Part shown: in pieces, positions 36,929-48,413 of the stretch
Layout of the letters: each line of letters opens with the position of its first letter
How positions within the stretch are numbered: the stretch's first letter is position 1
Source: an uncultured Pseudomonadota bacterium
GTDB taxonomy: Bacteria > Vulcanimicrobiota > Vulcanimicrobiia > Eremiobacterales > Eremiobacteraceae
Direction of reading: 5' to 3'
DNA length: 64,000 bases
Assembly: GCA_963736005.1 (NCBI GenBank)
Contig: CAVTNB010000001.1
Location: 1,280,001-1,344,000, forward strand
The notes under the pieces: generated by a model
What the model was told of the DNA's origin: nothing
Database searches by the model: none
The model's input: only the letters and a program-made list of their open reading frames with translations
Translations under genes and position numbers: made by a program

Positions 36929-37315
36929 TCATTGGCCGGCAGGCGGTTGCCATAGTTCTACCTTGTTTCCTTCTGGATCGATAACCCAGGCGAACTTCCC
37001 ATACTCGGATTCGTCGATCTTCTCAAGTACGTTGCAGCCTTCTTCGCGCAAGACTTTGACTAGAGCGTGGATATCTTCCACCCGGTAATTGATCATGAAG
37101 GTGGCGGTGCTGGGCGCAAAGTGGTCGCCTTGCGCCGAATCAATAGACCAGATGGTTGTTCCAGCAACCGGCTTACCGTCACCGTCTGTCCAAGCAAAAG
37201 CTGTGCCACCCCATTCCTGCACATCGATTCCGAGGTGTTGTTTGTACCAAGCTTGTAGCGCCGGAGGATCTTTGGCTTTGAAGAAGATGCCGCCGATGCC
37301 AGTGACTCGCTTCAT
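36929..37315 (-). CDS. VOC/glyoxalase family protein
   Basis: RVTGIGGIFFK, MINYRV, YGKFAW..DPEGNKVELW. Confidence 0.92.
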   Translation of the reverse strand: MKRVTGIGGIFFKAKDPPALQAWYKQHLGIDVQEWGGTAFAWTDGDGKPVAGTTIWSIDSAQGDHFAPSTATFMINYRVEDIHALVKVLREEGCNVLEKIDESEYGKFAWVIDPEGNKVELWQPPAGQ

Positions 37316-37460
37316 AGAACCTCCCAGGTTTTAGGACGCATAGCGCAACTGCACCACGCCGCTTGCGAAGTGTGGACTCCCAGCAGCTTCAAGTCGAGCT
37401 GTCAAATTGATGCCGCGAAAGAGAATATCACCAAAGTTGGCAATTTCGGTGATACAGCAG

Positions 37461-38078
37461 TTACTCGGTGCGCGTCAGGGGAGCTGGAGTTGTGGGCGCG
37501 CTCAGCGGAGGGGCGACCGAGGTCGCAAGCATGCCTTCGACTCTGCGCAGCCCGTCATCGAACGCAGCTGCATCGCGATCGACCTTGTAGATCGCGCTCA
37601 AACCATGGATTTGGGCTGCCAGCGCGCGAGCGATCGAACGCGCGTCGACGCCTTGGGCGCGTTCCAGCGCGTACTCCGTGACGACCGGCTCCAGTCGGTC
37701 AACCAGCGCGGTGAGCGCTTTGCGCAGCGGCTTTGCAAATGGTTCGACATCGCCCAATTCGGCGAGGAGGTTGCCGAGTTGGTCACCGTGGTTGTCGCGA
37801 TGGCGCTGCGCCGCGATGTGCCCGAGGTAATCTGCGAGTCGCTGCTGGGGTGATTTTGAGTGCGAGAAAATTTCGTCGGCTTGCGGGCTTGCGAACCATC
37901 GCTCGATCTCGCCGATGATAGCCACGCCGAGCTCGTCTTTGCTGCGAAAATAATGATAGAAATTGCCTTTACCAACGCCGGCAATTTCAAGAACGTTCTC
38001 GACACTTGTACCTTTGAAGCCCTGGCGGTAGACTACTTCGGCAGCTAGCTCGATAATATGCTGCCGACGATTAGCCAT
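37461..38078 (-). CDS. TetR/AcrR family regulator
   Basis: GF.GTSVE..L..AGVGKGNFYHYFRSKDEL. Confidence 0.9.
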   Translation of the reverse strand: MANRRQHIIELAAEVVYRQGFKGTSVENVLEIAGVGKGNFYHYFRSKDELGVAIIGEIERWFASPQADEIFSHSKSPQQRLADYLGHIAAQRHRDNHGDQLGNLLAELGDVEPFAKPLRKALTALVDRLEPVVTEYALERAQGVDARSIARALAAQIHGLSAIYKVDRDAAAFDDGLRRVEGMLATSVAPPLSAPTTPAPLTRTE

Positions 38079-38189
38079 GAACGACACTCCCAGGACAGCA
38101 TCGGATGGAGATGCTGCAGTACATCATTCGCGCCTTCGCACGTGTGGGTCGCCCGGCCTCCCGTCGCAGCTCACATTAGTGCCTTTTAC

Positions 38190-39695
38190 TCACCGGGCGT
38201 CGTAGCCGATTTCCACCGTGCGCAGCTTGCTCTCGACGTCGTCCGTCTGCGGCGTGACCGGCTGGCACCGGTAGACTTGCTTGGCGATATCCACAGGTTC
38301 GTTGCCGTTTGGTTGTGGTGCAATGGCATCAACCACTGCCATCCCCTTCACCACTCTGCCAAAGACGGTGAAGCCTCGATCGAGATGCAGTTGTGGGGAT
38401 TGCGTGATGTAATATTGACTGCCCGCGGTGTCGACGAGCGGCACCATTGCTTTTTGGTCGTAGTCGAGTCCGTATGAAATGATCCCCGTCAACTGTGGCA
38501 CCGGATTGAGCTCCGCTGGAATGCTGTAACCCGGACCTCCGTTCCCGGTGTTTTTCGGATCGCCACCTTGGACGACGAAGTTTGCGATCACCCGGAAGTA
38601 TGTGAGATTGTTGTAAAATCCGCGATCGACGAGCGACAAGAAGTTGTCCACGCTGTACGGTGCCACATCCGGAAAGAGCTCAAGGACGATGACGCCCTTG
38701 CCGGTGACGATCGCCACCTGCGGGTGTGCACCAAAGGGCGCCCCACTTGGGACAGGTTGCGGCTGCGCGAAATCGGACTGCGGCACCTTTGGCGACTTGA
38801 TGTCCACCTTCGTCGGATCGCGAAGCCCCATCAGTGCATCGCGGACTGCCACGCGGACGCGCCAAGACGAGTCGTTCGCACTGAGCCGGATAGGCAATGC
38901 GTACGTACGGTCCTTGAGCCTACCCAGACCCGCCACCGCATACATGCGGACGAGTTCCTCGCTGTCCGTGAGCAGGCGACGCAGCGCGGGCGCCTCATTT
39001 TGATAATAGCCGCGCGCCAGCGCCCACGCTTCGCGCCAACGAACCTCTTGGTCGCGCTCGGTAAAGATGTTCGAAGCCAGCGTGTCGGCGGCCACTTTGC
39101 GGTGCGCGTAGTCCAAGGCAGGTGCGCCGGAGATTCCGGCTTCCCCGAGCGAGACAGCGACCTCTTCTCGGACCCTGACGTCGGCATTGCTCAGCTGCGG
39201 CCAGAGAGCATCAACAGCCGGCTGGCCCCCGATCCTCCCAAGCGCGTTGGCGGCCATGGCGGCAACCGCGGGCGAGTTACCTCGTAGCGCGCCCGCGAGT
39301 GGATCGATCGAGCTTTGCGATCCGATGAGACCCAGCGCGAACGCGGCCATCGCTCGCACTGAGTCGGGCCGACTCGAATCGGAGAGCACGGTCAAGAGCG
39401 TTTGATTGCCCGCGGGGTTGTTGAGACGGCCAATCGCAAGGACCGCTCGCGCCGCAACGACCGCATCTCGATCGTTCACGTACCGAACCAGGGCCGACGG
39501 ATCCGTCTTGCGATCGCGCTCGAGCAAGCCGATGGCGCCAAGGGCGCTCGTACTGAGTGCGCTGGGGGTGGGCGGCGCAAGTGGTGCGGGCGAAGCGCCC
39601 AGTGCAACGGTTGGCGCAACAAACAGCCGGTACAAACCGATCGCTACGACGCTTGCCAACAAGAGAGCGACCGAGAACCGTACTGCAACGGTCAT
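38190..39695 (-). CDS. HEAT-repeat plus cyclophilin-type peptidyl-prolyl isomerase
   Basis: N-terminal anchor; repeated VR..AA.ALG units; FRVIANFVVQGGDP, GSQYYIT, HLD..FTVFG. Confidence 0.85.
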   Translation of the reverse strand: MTVAVRFSVALLLASVVAIGLYRLFVAPTVALGASPAPLAPPTPSALSTSALGAIGLLERDRKTDPSALVRYVNDRDAVVAARAVLAIGRLNNPAGNQTLLTVLSDSSRPDSVRAMAAFALGLIGSQSSIDPLAGALRGNSPAVAAMAANALGRIGGQPAVDALWPQLSNADVRVREEVAVSLGEAGISGAPALDYAHRKVAADTLASNIFTERDQEVRWREAWALARGYYQNEAPALRRLLTDSEELVRMYAVAGLGRLKDRTYALPIRLSANDSSWRVRVAVRDALMGLRDPTKVDIKSPKVPQSDFAQPQPVPSGAPFGAHPQVAIVTGKGVIVLELFPDVAPYSVDNFLSLVDRGFYNNLTYFRVIANFVVQGGDPKNTGNGGPGYSIPAELNPVPQLTGIISYGLDYDQKAMVPLVDTAGSQYYITQSPQLHLDRGFTVFGRVVKGMAVVDAIAPQPNGNEPVDIAKQVYRCQPVTPQTDDVESKLRTVEIGYDAR

Positions 39696-40924
39696 CAGTC
39701 TGCCGACCAGTAATCCTTTAGGGCTTTGCCGCGACTGGGGTGGCGCAGCTTGCGCAACGCCTTCGCCTCGATTTGCCGGATGCGTTCGCGCGTCACGCCG
39801 AACTCTTGGCCGACCTCCTCAAGCGTTCGCTGATGTCCATCTTCTAACCCGAAGCGCAGCACCAGCACTTTCCGCTCGCGCTCGGTGAGATTTTTGAGCA
39901 CATCGCCCATTTTTTGCTTGAGCATGGTCACCGAAGCCGCTTCGGCGGGCGCCACGGCCTCCGGGTCTTCGATAAAGTCGCCTAAATGGCTGTCTTCTTC
40001 TTCGCCAATGGGGGTCTCGAGCGAAATCGGCTCTTGCGCAATCTTCATAACCTCTCGCACTTTGTCGGGCGAGAGTTCCATTTCTTTCGCGATTTCTTCA
40101 ACTGACGGGTCGCGGCCGAGCTCTTGCAGTAATTGGCGAGAAATTTTGACGAGGCGGTTAATCGTTTCAACCATGTGGACGGGGATGCGAATCGTGCGCG
40201 CTTGATCGGCGAGCGCGCGCGTGATGGCCTGACGAATCCACCACGTCGCGTAGGTGGAAAACTTGTAGCCTTTGCGATACTCGAATTTTTCGACGGCGCG
40301 AATGAGTCCCAGATTGCCTTCTTGGATCAGGTCTAAGAACTGCATGCCCCGGCCAACATACTTCTTTGCTATGCTGACGACCAAGCGGAGGTTTGCTTCG
40401 GTCAGATCGCGCTTGGCGCCATCCCCAGCCTCGACGATCCCCTGGTTTGCTTGCACGCCCTCTTGCTTTGCGCGCTCGAGTTCTTCTTCTGCAAGCTCGA
40501 TGGTCTTTGCGAGCTCTTGTTCCTGCGCCATGCCCAAGAGCGGCACCCGGCCGATCTCTTTGAGATACATCCGCACCGGGTCATCGAGTGCAACGCCCGG
40601 CACGAACGTGAGATCTTCCGGAGCCTCCTCAACGGGCTCGGGTTCATCTTTTTCTGCCTCGGGAGTGTCTGGCATCTCGGTGATCTCGATGCCTTGGCCC
40701 ATAATCTCCTCGACGAGCTCGTTGCCCTTTTCGGGATCGTCTTCGTCGTAAGCCGCCGAAATCGCAGCGATCTCGTCGTACGTCAGCGAGCCGCGCTTTT
40801 TACCTTTCTCGATGAGCGCCTTGACGGCAATCTCGCGCGGTACCGCGGGTGCGGCCGGCTGACCATTCTCTGCAACTGGTTCGGGCGTTGCCTTCACCGG
40901 AGTGCGCGGTTTGCGCGCTGGCAC
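39695..40924 (-). CDS. rpoD: Primary sigma factor RpoD/SigA
   Basis: [56 protein letters not shown]. Confidence 0.98.
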   Translation of the reverse strand: MPARKPRTPVKATPEPVAENGQPAAPAVPREIAVKALIEKGKKRGSLTYDEIAAISAAYDEDDPEKGNELVEEIMGQGIEITEMPDTPEAEKDEPEPVEEAPEDLTFVPGVALDDPVRMYLKEIGRVPLLGMAQEQELAKTIELAEEELERAKQEGVQANQGIVEAGDGAKRDLTEANLRLVVSIAKKYVGRGMQFLDLIQEGNLGLIRAVEKFEYRKGYKFSTYATWWIRQAITRALADQARTIRIPVHMVETINRLVKISRQLLQELGRDPSVEEIAKEMELSPDKVREVMKIAQEPISLETPIGEEEDSHLGDFIEDPEAVAPAEAASVTMLKQKMGDVLKNLTERERKVLVLRFGLEDGHQRTLEEVGQEFGVTRERIRQIEAKALRKLRHPSRGKALKDYWSAD

Positions 40925-42709
40925 TAGTTTTTTCCCTCTCTCTTTTCGGCGGCTGCTCCTCGCAGCGTGGCCGCGAGGGAATTGTACTCATCGCGCAACG
41001 GCTCTGGCACGGATTTCCCGGCGGTCAAGAGCCTGTTCATTTCAGCGTCGACGCTGTAAAGCCTGCGCTCGAGTCGCTGACGCTCAAAGTGCTCCACGAT
41101 GAGCTCGAGCCTTTGCTCTTCCTCATCGGCGCGCAGCGGCGGTGACGAGAGCGCGAGACGCGTGAGTTCGGTGATGTTCTCTTCATCGGCTAAAACCGTG
41201 AGCGGATTGATGCCTCGGGCCAATGCATCGCGCTGCTGCAGCAATGCTCGCATACGTGTGACCAAGCTCCTCATCGCTAAAATCTGCGGCACTCACGCGC
41301 TGTGCAGCCGCTGCAAGCAGCCGCGGCTGCACGATGATGAGCTGCACGAGCTCTCGCTCCACGGAGAGTCCAGGTGCACGCGCCGGCGTGCGCCGGTGAA
41401 TGGTGTTGCTGCCGTTGCCTTTGGGTATTGCCGGCGCGGCGACCGTCGTGCGCAGCGCTCGAAGCGCTGCCTCGCTCACATCGAGCTTGTGCGCCATCGT
41501 CTTGATATACTGGTCGCGCTCGATCGGGTCGCGCACGTTGGAAATGACGCTCATGGCCTGACGGGCAATGTCGCTCTTGTTTGAAAACTGCGCTTCGATG
41601 TGCTTGCACGCCAGCTCAATTTTGAAGTCGATCCAGCGCTGCGAGTCGGCAAGGAGCTTGGCAAACGCCTGCGCCCCATCGTGGAGGATGATATCGTCGG
41701 GGTCGCGGCCTGGCGGAAGGCTTGCGACGCGGACCTGCAGGCCTTCAGCCGCAAGCATGTCGATGCTGCGCGCGGTCGCTGCTTGACCCGCTGCATCGCC
41801 GTCGAAGCAGAGATACAGATTGCTTGCGACCCTGCGCAATTCGCGCGCTTGTTCCACGGTGAAGGCGGTCCCGAGCGACGCAACGGCGTTGCCAAATCCA
41901 GCTTGGTGAAGCATCAAACAGTCGAGGTATCCCTCGACGACGATGATGGCTTCTTGAGCTGCTGCTGCCCGCCGAGCAAGCTGCAGTCCATACACGTGCT
42001 GACCTTTCGTGTACGCAGGCGTGTTCTTCGTGTTGAGATACTTCGGCTGATCGTCGCCAAGAGTGCGGCCCCCGAAAGCGATAACCTCGCCCGTGAGATT
42101 GAAGATGGGGAACATCAAGCGGCGGCGGAAAAAATCGATATAGCCGCTCTCGTCTTGACGAATAGAAATGAGACCGGCGCGTGCTGCGAGCCCAAGATCG
42201 ATGTGCGCCCGCGTAAGGGCACCCGTGAGGCCATCCCATGAATCGGGCGCATATCCGATGCCGAATGTTTCGCACGTCGTCTCGTCCAAGCCCCGCTGCT
42301 TGACGTAGTCCTTCGCTTCGCTGCTTTTGCGCAGCGCATCGACAAAGTGGCTCTTTGCCACCGCGTTGGCTTCGTAAATGGCTTCGCGCTCGCTGCGGCG
42401 GCGACCGAATTCCACAGAATCGCGCAGCTCCACACCGGCACGCGTCGCCAGCATCCGAAGCGCGTCTGGGAATTCGACGTTTTCATAGCGCCTGACAAAG
42501 GTGATGAGGTCGCCGCCTGCGTCGCAGCCATAGCAGTGCCAGACTTGTTTCTCTGCATTCAGAGAAAATGATGGGGTCTTCTCCGCGTGAAAAGGGCAAA
42601 GCCCCACGTACTCGCGCCCGCGCTTGCGCAAGGTGACGTACTGGCTGACGTATGCCAGCAAATCGACCTTGGCTTGAATTGCCGAAATCAAACTACCGTG
42701 GATGGGCAC
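40924..42709 (-). CDS. dnaG: DNA primase (one apparent frameshift near 41250, probably an error)
   Basis: CPFH..CYGC Zn finger, PKYLN, VEGYLD, FDGDAAG, DPDD; C-terminus continues in ORF 40924-41292. Confidence 0.93.
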
Positions 42710-42726
42710 GAGGGCACATTTCTGGG

Positions 42727-42748
42727 AGCGGACCTAAAGGTCCGCTGC
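42727..42748 (-). repeat. Family A REP
   Basis: AGCGGACCTAAAGGTCCGCTGC between dgt and dnaG. Confidence 0.8.
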
Positions 42749-42762
42749 GTGGGCACACGATC

Positions 42763-43846
42763 TCAGGCATCCCACTCGCGGGGAATTTGGGATTCCAGCG
42801 GGTCGAGAAAAAGCTCCTTAAATTTCTTGATTGCAAAGCGGTCCGTAAAGCCGGCGATATAGTCGCATACCCTTCGCGCCAGCGAATCTTCCGCCAGCGC
42901 ACCGGAAACAAACTCTGGCGGCAGTTCGTCTGCGTGTTCCATATAATACGTAAAGAGTTTTCTCACGATGTTTTGCGCTTTGGGTTCTTCGGTCTTGGCG
43001 GTGTCATTGAGGTACACGCGTTCGAACATGAACTCCTTAATCGTCTCGACGGCATCGAGCACGGGTTCAGAGAGCTTGATCTCGTTCCGTCCGCGGCACT
43101 GCATAATGACGTCTTGCACGACTGTCTCGATGCGAAGAGACCCGCTTGGCCCTAAAGTTTCGATGGCCTTGCGGGGCAGTTGGTCTTGGGTGATGATGCC
43201 GGCGCGAATCGCGTCATCGATGTCGTGGTTAATGTAGGCAAGCCGATCGCAGTATCGGACGATTTGGCCTTCGAGCGTGTAGGGAACGTCATTGTAGCCG
43301 GCGAGCGCGCCGCCGTGCTTGCTGTGCTTGGCGATGCCGTCGAGCACTTCTTCGGTGAGGTTAAGGCCGATCTTGTCACCGCGCCGCTCCAGGAACATAA
43401 CGACTCGCATACTTTGCTGCGAGTGAATAAAGCGCGCGCCGGATTCGTAAGTGCCCAGGATGTCCGTCAGCGCTGCTTCCCCTGCGTGACCGAAGGGCGA
43501 ATGCCCGAGATCGTGGCCGAGCGCAATCGCTTCGGCCAAGTCTTCATTGAGATTGCAGCCTCTCGCGATGGAACGCGACAGCTGCATGACCTCGATGCTG
43601 TGGGTGAGCCGCGTGCGATAGTGATCGCCGAGCGGAGAAAGAAAAACTTGCGTCTTGTGCATGAGGCGACGGAACGCTTTGCTGTGAACGATGCGATCCC
43701 GGTCGCGCTGAAAACACGTGCGAATCGGATCCTGCGGCTCGGGCGTTCGGCGGCCCTGCGAGTCTGCGCGCCAGCGCCGCATACGGGGAGAGCATCGCGG
43801 CCTCGCGCGTTTCCTGCTCTTCGCGGATCGACTTAGTGGTCGCCAT
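42763..43846 (-). CDS. dgt: dGTP triphosphohydrolase-like HD protein (frameshift near 43770)
   Basis: FQRDRDRIVHSKAFRRL.HKTQVF, RTRLTHS, HDLGH.PFGHAGE; N-terminus MATTKSIREEQE lies in another frame. Confidence 0.9.
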
Positions 43847-43902
43847 GCATCTCTATCACGTCGACTTGCGCGCCGCGAACAGTGTCGGTTTTGGCGGCAC
43901 GC

Positions 43903-46900
43903 CTAGTCCTGGTCAGGCTTCGCGCCCGAACCGCGGTCTTTTTCTTTCTCTCGCAGGACGATTTGCGCTGCGGCGAGCCTCGCGATAGGTACCCGGAACG
44001 GCGAGCACGAGACGTAGTCGAGCCCGATGTCGTGGCAGAAATGCACGGACTTCGGATCGCCTCCATGCTCTCCGCAGATGCCAACCTTCATGTCGGGCCG
44101 CGTCGATGTGGCCGCGCTGCAAGGCCATGCTGCATCATCTCGCCGACGCCATCTTGATCGATGACTTGGAACGGATCTTCGCGCAGGATCTTCTTCTCGA
44201 GATACACCGGGATGAACGATGCTTCGGCGTCGTCACGCGAGTAGCCAAAGACCGTCTGCGTGAGATCGTTCGTACCGAACGAAAAGAACTCGGCATGCTC
44301 GGCGATGCGGTGCGCCACGATGCACGCGCGCGGCAATTCGATCATGGTGCCGATCTGATACGGGACCTTGATGCCGCTGCCTTAATGATGCGCTCGGCTT
44401 CGTTGCTGACCAGATCGCGCAGCGCCTTCATTTCGGTCACCGTGCCGACGCCGGGAATCATGATCAGAGGCCGCACATCGATTTTCTCCTTTTTCAGCTT
44501 CGACGGCAGCTTCCATGATGGCGCGTACCTGCATCTGATAGATCTCTGGGTACACGATGCCCAAGCCGGCAGACGCGCAGACCAAGCATGGGATTGCTCT
44601 CGTGCAGCGTGCGCACGCGCCGCAGCAGCCGCTCCTTTTGCGACAGTACAGTCGGATCGCCCTTGTCAACGCGCAACTCGGTCACTTCAACGAGCAGATC
44701 CTCGAGGCTCGGCAAGAACTCGTGGAGCGGCGGATCGAGCAGCCGGATCGTCACGGGCAGGCCCTTCATCGCGCGAAGGATGCCGTGGAAATCTTCGCGC
44801 TGCATCGGCAGCAGCTGCTCCAAGCACTTGCGCCGCGAATCCGGCGTCTCGGCCATGATCATCTCTTGGACGACCGGCAGCCGCTCCGTTTGCATGAACA
44901 TGTGCTCGGTCCGGCACAAGCCGATGCCCTCCGCGCCGAAATCGCGCGCCTTCTTGGCGTCCTCCGGCGTGTCGGCGTTGGCATACACGCCCAAGCGCCG
45001 TATTCGTCCGCCCATTTGAGGACGTGTTCGAATTGCGGCGTCAGTCTTCGCGGCTGTCATCTGCAGCATTCGCCGCGATACACGGTGCCGGTCGTGCCGT
45101 CGATGGTCAGATCGATCGCCTTCCTTCACGACTTCGCCTTTGACGCTGAACTGGCGCGCGCGCAGGTCGATGAGCATCGCCTCGGCGCCCACGACTGCGG
45201 GCTTGCCCATGCCGCGTGCGACGACGGCCGCATGCGATGTCGCGCCACCTTGCGACGTCAGGATGCCTTCGGACGCGATCATGCCGTGCACGTCGTCCGG
45301 CGTCGTCATCGGACGCACGAGGATGGTCTTCTTGCCCTGGCGCTTCATCTCGACGGCGTCGTCGGGATCGAAGACCACGATACCGGCGGCTGCGCCAGGC
45401 GACGCGTTGAGACCCTTTGCGATGACGTGCGACTTTCGGCTTCTCGTCGATCTGCGCGTGCAGCAGCGCCGCGATGGCGGCGGGCTCGATGCGCATGAGC
45501 GCTTCTTCACGCGTGATGTGGCGTTCTTTGACCATGTCGGCCGCGATTTGCACCGCGGCGGCGGCGCTGCGCTTGCCCGAACGGGTCTGCAAGATGTAGA
45601 GCTTGCCGCGCTCGACCGTGAACTCGATGTCCTGCATGTCGTGGTAGTGCTTCTCGAGCTTGTCCGCGATGTCGAGGAACTGCTTGTAGATCTTCGGCTG
45701 TTGCTTTTCGAGCTCTGAGATCTTCACCGGCGTGCGCTGAACCTGAGACGACGTCTTCGCCCTGCGCGTTTTGCAGAAACTCGCCGTACAGCTTCTTCTG
45801 GCCGTTGGACGGATCGCGCGTGAACGCGACGCCGGTCCCCGAGTCCGTGCCCATGTTGCCAAACACCATGGTCACGACGTTGACGGCGGTGCCCCACCAG
45901 TCGGGATAGTGCGAATGTAGTTGCGGTACTCGATGGCGCGCTTGCAATTCCACGAATTGAAGACTGCTTCGACCGCCATGCGCAGCTGGATGAAGACGTC
46001 TTCGGGGAAATCTTTTTTGGTGTATGGCGCACCAGCGCTTTGTATTCGCTGGTCATATTGCGAAACGCGAGCGCGGTGAGGTCGGATTCCGACGCGAACT
46101 CGCGCTTTGGCGACGTAGCGCTTGAGCACTTCCTCGAATGGCTCCTTCTTCATGCCGAGCACGACGGTGGCGAACATCTGGACGAAGCGGCGATACGCAT
46201 CCCATGCGAACTTGTCGTTCTTGGTCAGCACGACGAGCGCATTGCACGTGCGATTGTTGAGACCGAGGTTGAGCACGGTGTCCATCATGCCGGGCATCGT
46301 GACCCGCGCGCCGGAGCGCACGGAGACGAGCAGCGGGTTGACTTCGCCGCCGAACTCCTTGCCGGTCTTGCGCTCGAGCTCGACGATGCGCCGGTGCATC
46401 TCTTCTTCCAATCCGTTGGCAACTGGCGGCCCAGCTCGAAGATAACGCCGGCAGACTTCTGTCGTGATCGTGAAGCCGGGCGGCACCGGCAGGCCGATGC
46501 GCGTCATCTCGCCGAGGCCCGCGCCTTTGCCGCCGAGCAGGTCGCGCAGGTCGGCGGCGCCCTCCTCGAACGAGTAGGTCATCTTGCCCAAGTGTGGATT
46601 TGGTCGGTGGCTCGGGCTTGCGGCTGATCGCTTTTTTGGGCCCGGGAATTGCGGGCATTGGTTTGCGCTCGATGTCGCCCATGACCGGGATCGTGGCCAT
46701 CTTGACCCCACCCATCATTCCCGCGTCCGGATCTGGAGGCGCGCTTGGCTTCCCGTCCACAGGCGCCATGACGAATTGTGGCTCTTTGCTAGGTGTGGTG
46801 TGTGCTTTTGCAGCGGCCTGCGTTTTTGTGGCGGCCTGCGTCTTTGCAGCGGCCTGCGACTTCGCGCTGGCCGGAGCTTTCGTGGTGCCCGGCTTCGGCC

Positions 46901-47030
46901 GACCGTCGCCTTTAACGGACCGGAGAGGCCGTGACGACTTTGCGGCCGCACTCTTGGCGGCCGCTTTCTTGACTGCCGGCTTGCGCGCCGGCGGCTTCAA
47001 AGTCTTAGTCGATCTCGATTTTGCCTTCAT
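43903..47030 (-). CDS. ppdK: Pyruvate phosphate dikinase (multiple apparent frameshifts; long basic N-terminal extension)
   Basis: [39 protein letters not shown] (catalytic His), [29 protein letters not shown], spread over several frames. Confidence 0.9.
46806..46859. repeat. 18 bp tandem repeat x3 encoding (T/S)QAA(A/T)K
   Basis: ttttgcagcggcctgcgt / ttttgtggcggcctgcgt / ctttgcagcggcctgcga. Confidence 0.8.
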
Positions 47031-47080
47031 TCTTCCCCCATAGATTCCATATGGTACTTCCATGCGGGACAGAATAGACC

Positions 47081-48404
47081 CTACCCCTGGGCAATTCTTT
47101 CTTTGAGATATTCTGCTAGGCGATCGACGCCGACGCGTTCCTGACCTTTGCTATCGCGATCGCGCACGGTCACGTCGTGTTGCGCGAGACTTTCGTAATC
47201 CACCGTGACGCAGTACGGCGTGCCGATCTCGTCTTGGCGATAGTATCGCTTGCCAACGTTGCCTGAATCATCAAACACCGTACGGAGTGAGGGGCGCAGC
47301 GAACGCTCGATGTTCGACGCTAACGCAACGATGTCAGGCTTGTTGCGCACGAGCGGGAAGACCGCCGCCTTGTAGGGAGCGAGGCGCGGATGAAGATGCA
47401 ACACTGTGCGATCCTCTTCTCGTTCGTAGGCATCCAACAAGAAGACGAGCAGCGCTCGATCGACGCCGAGCGATGGCTCGATGACGACCGGCAAGAACTT
47501 TTCCTTTGATTCTTCGTCAAAGAACGCGAGATCTTTGCCGCTGCCTCGAACGTGCTGCTCGAGATCGAAGGTTCCGCGATGCGCGATTCCTTCAAGCTCG
47601 CCCCAGCCGAACGGGAAATCGTACTCGATGTCGGTCGTCGCCTTGCTGTAGTGGGCAAGATCGGCGCCGCTGTACTCGATTCTTGCGCAGTCGCTCCGCC
47701 TGCACCCCGAGCCGCAAGAACCACTTGAATCGCTCTTCCACCCAATAGTCGAACCAGCGCAAGCCCTCTGATTCGGGCTGCGCCGGAACAAAATACTCAA
47801 GTTCCATCTGCTCGAACTCGCGCGATCGAAAAATAAAGTTGCCCGGAGTGATTTCGTTGCGAAACGCCTTGCCGATCTGCGCCACGCCGAAGGGCGGCTT
47901 CTTGCGCGCGGTTTGATACACGAGCTTGAAATCGACAAAAATACCCTGCGCCGTCTCTGGCCGCAAGTACGCAATTGATGCCGCGTCTTCCATCGCCCCG
48001 ATGGATGTCTTGAACATCATGTGGAACTCGCGCGGCTCCGTGAGCGTCGCGTTGCCGCACGATGGGCAGCGATCTCCTTTGATCTGATCGGCCCGGAAAC
48101 GCTTCTTGCACGTGCGGCAGTCAACCATCAGGTCGTGAAAGTGCTCCAAGTGCCCGGACGCACGCCATACCTCTGGGGACATGAGAATCGAGGTGTCCAC
48201 ACCGACGACGTCATCACGAAGCTCGACGACGTCGCGCCACCACGCGTCGCGAACATTGCGCTTGAGCTCGGCCCCGACCGGCCCATAATCCCATGCGCCA
48301 TTGATGCCGCCATAAATCTCGCTTGATTGAAAGATAAAACCGCGGCGCTTTGCGAGCGCCGTGATCTCTTCCATCGTGGGCTTCGGTCGCGATGCTGCCA
48401 TCAT
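47081..48404 (-). CDS. glyS: Glycine-tRNA ligase, homodimeric type (frameshift near 47690)
   Basis: KRRGF..SSEIYGG, YLRPETAQGIF, FRNEITP..FIFR.REFEQME, ELEGIA.R, RY.RQDEIGTPYC. Confidence 0.93.
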
Positions 48405-48413
48405 TCGTTCATT

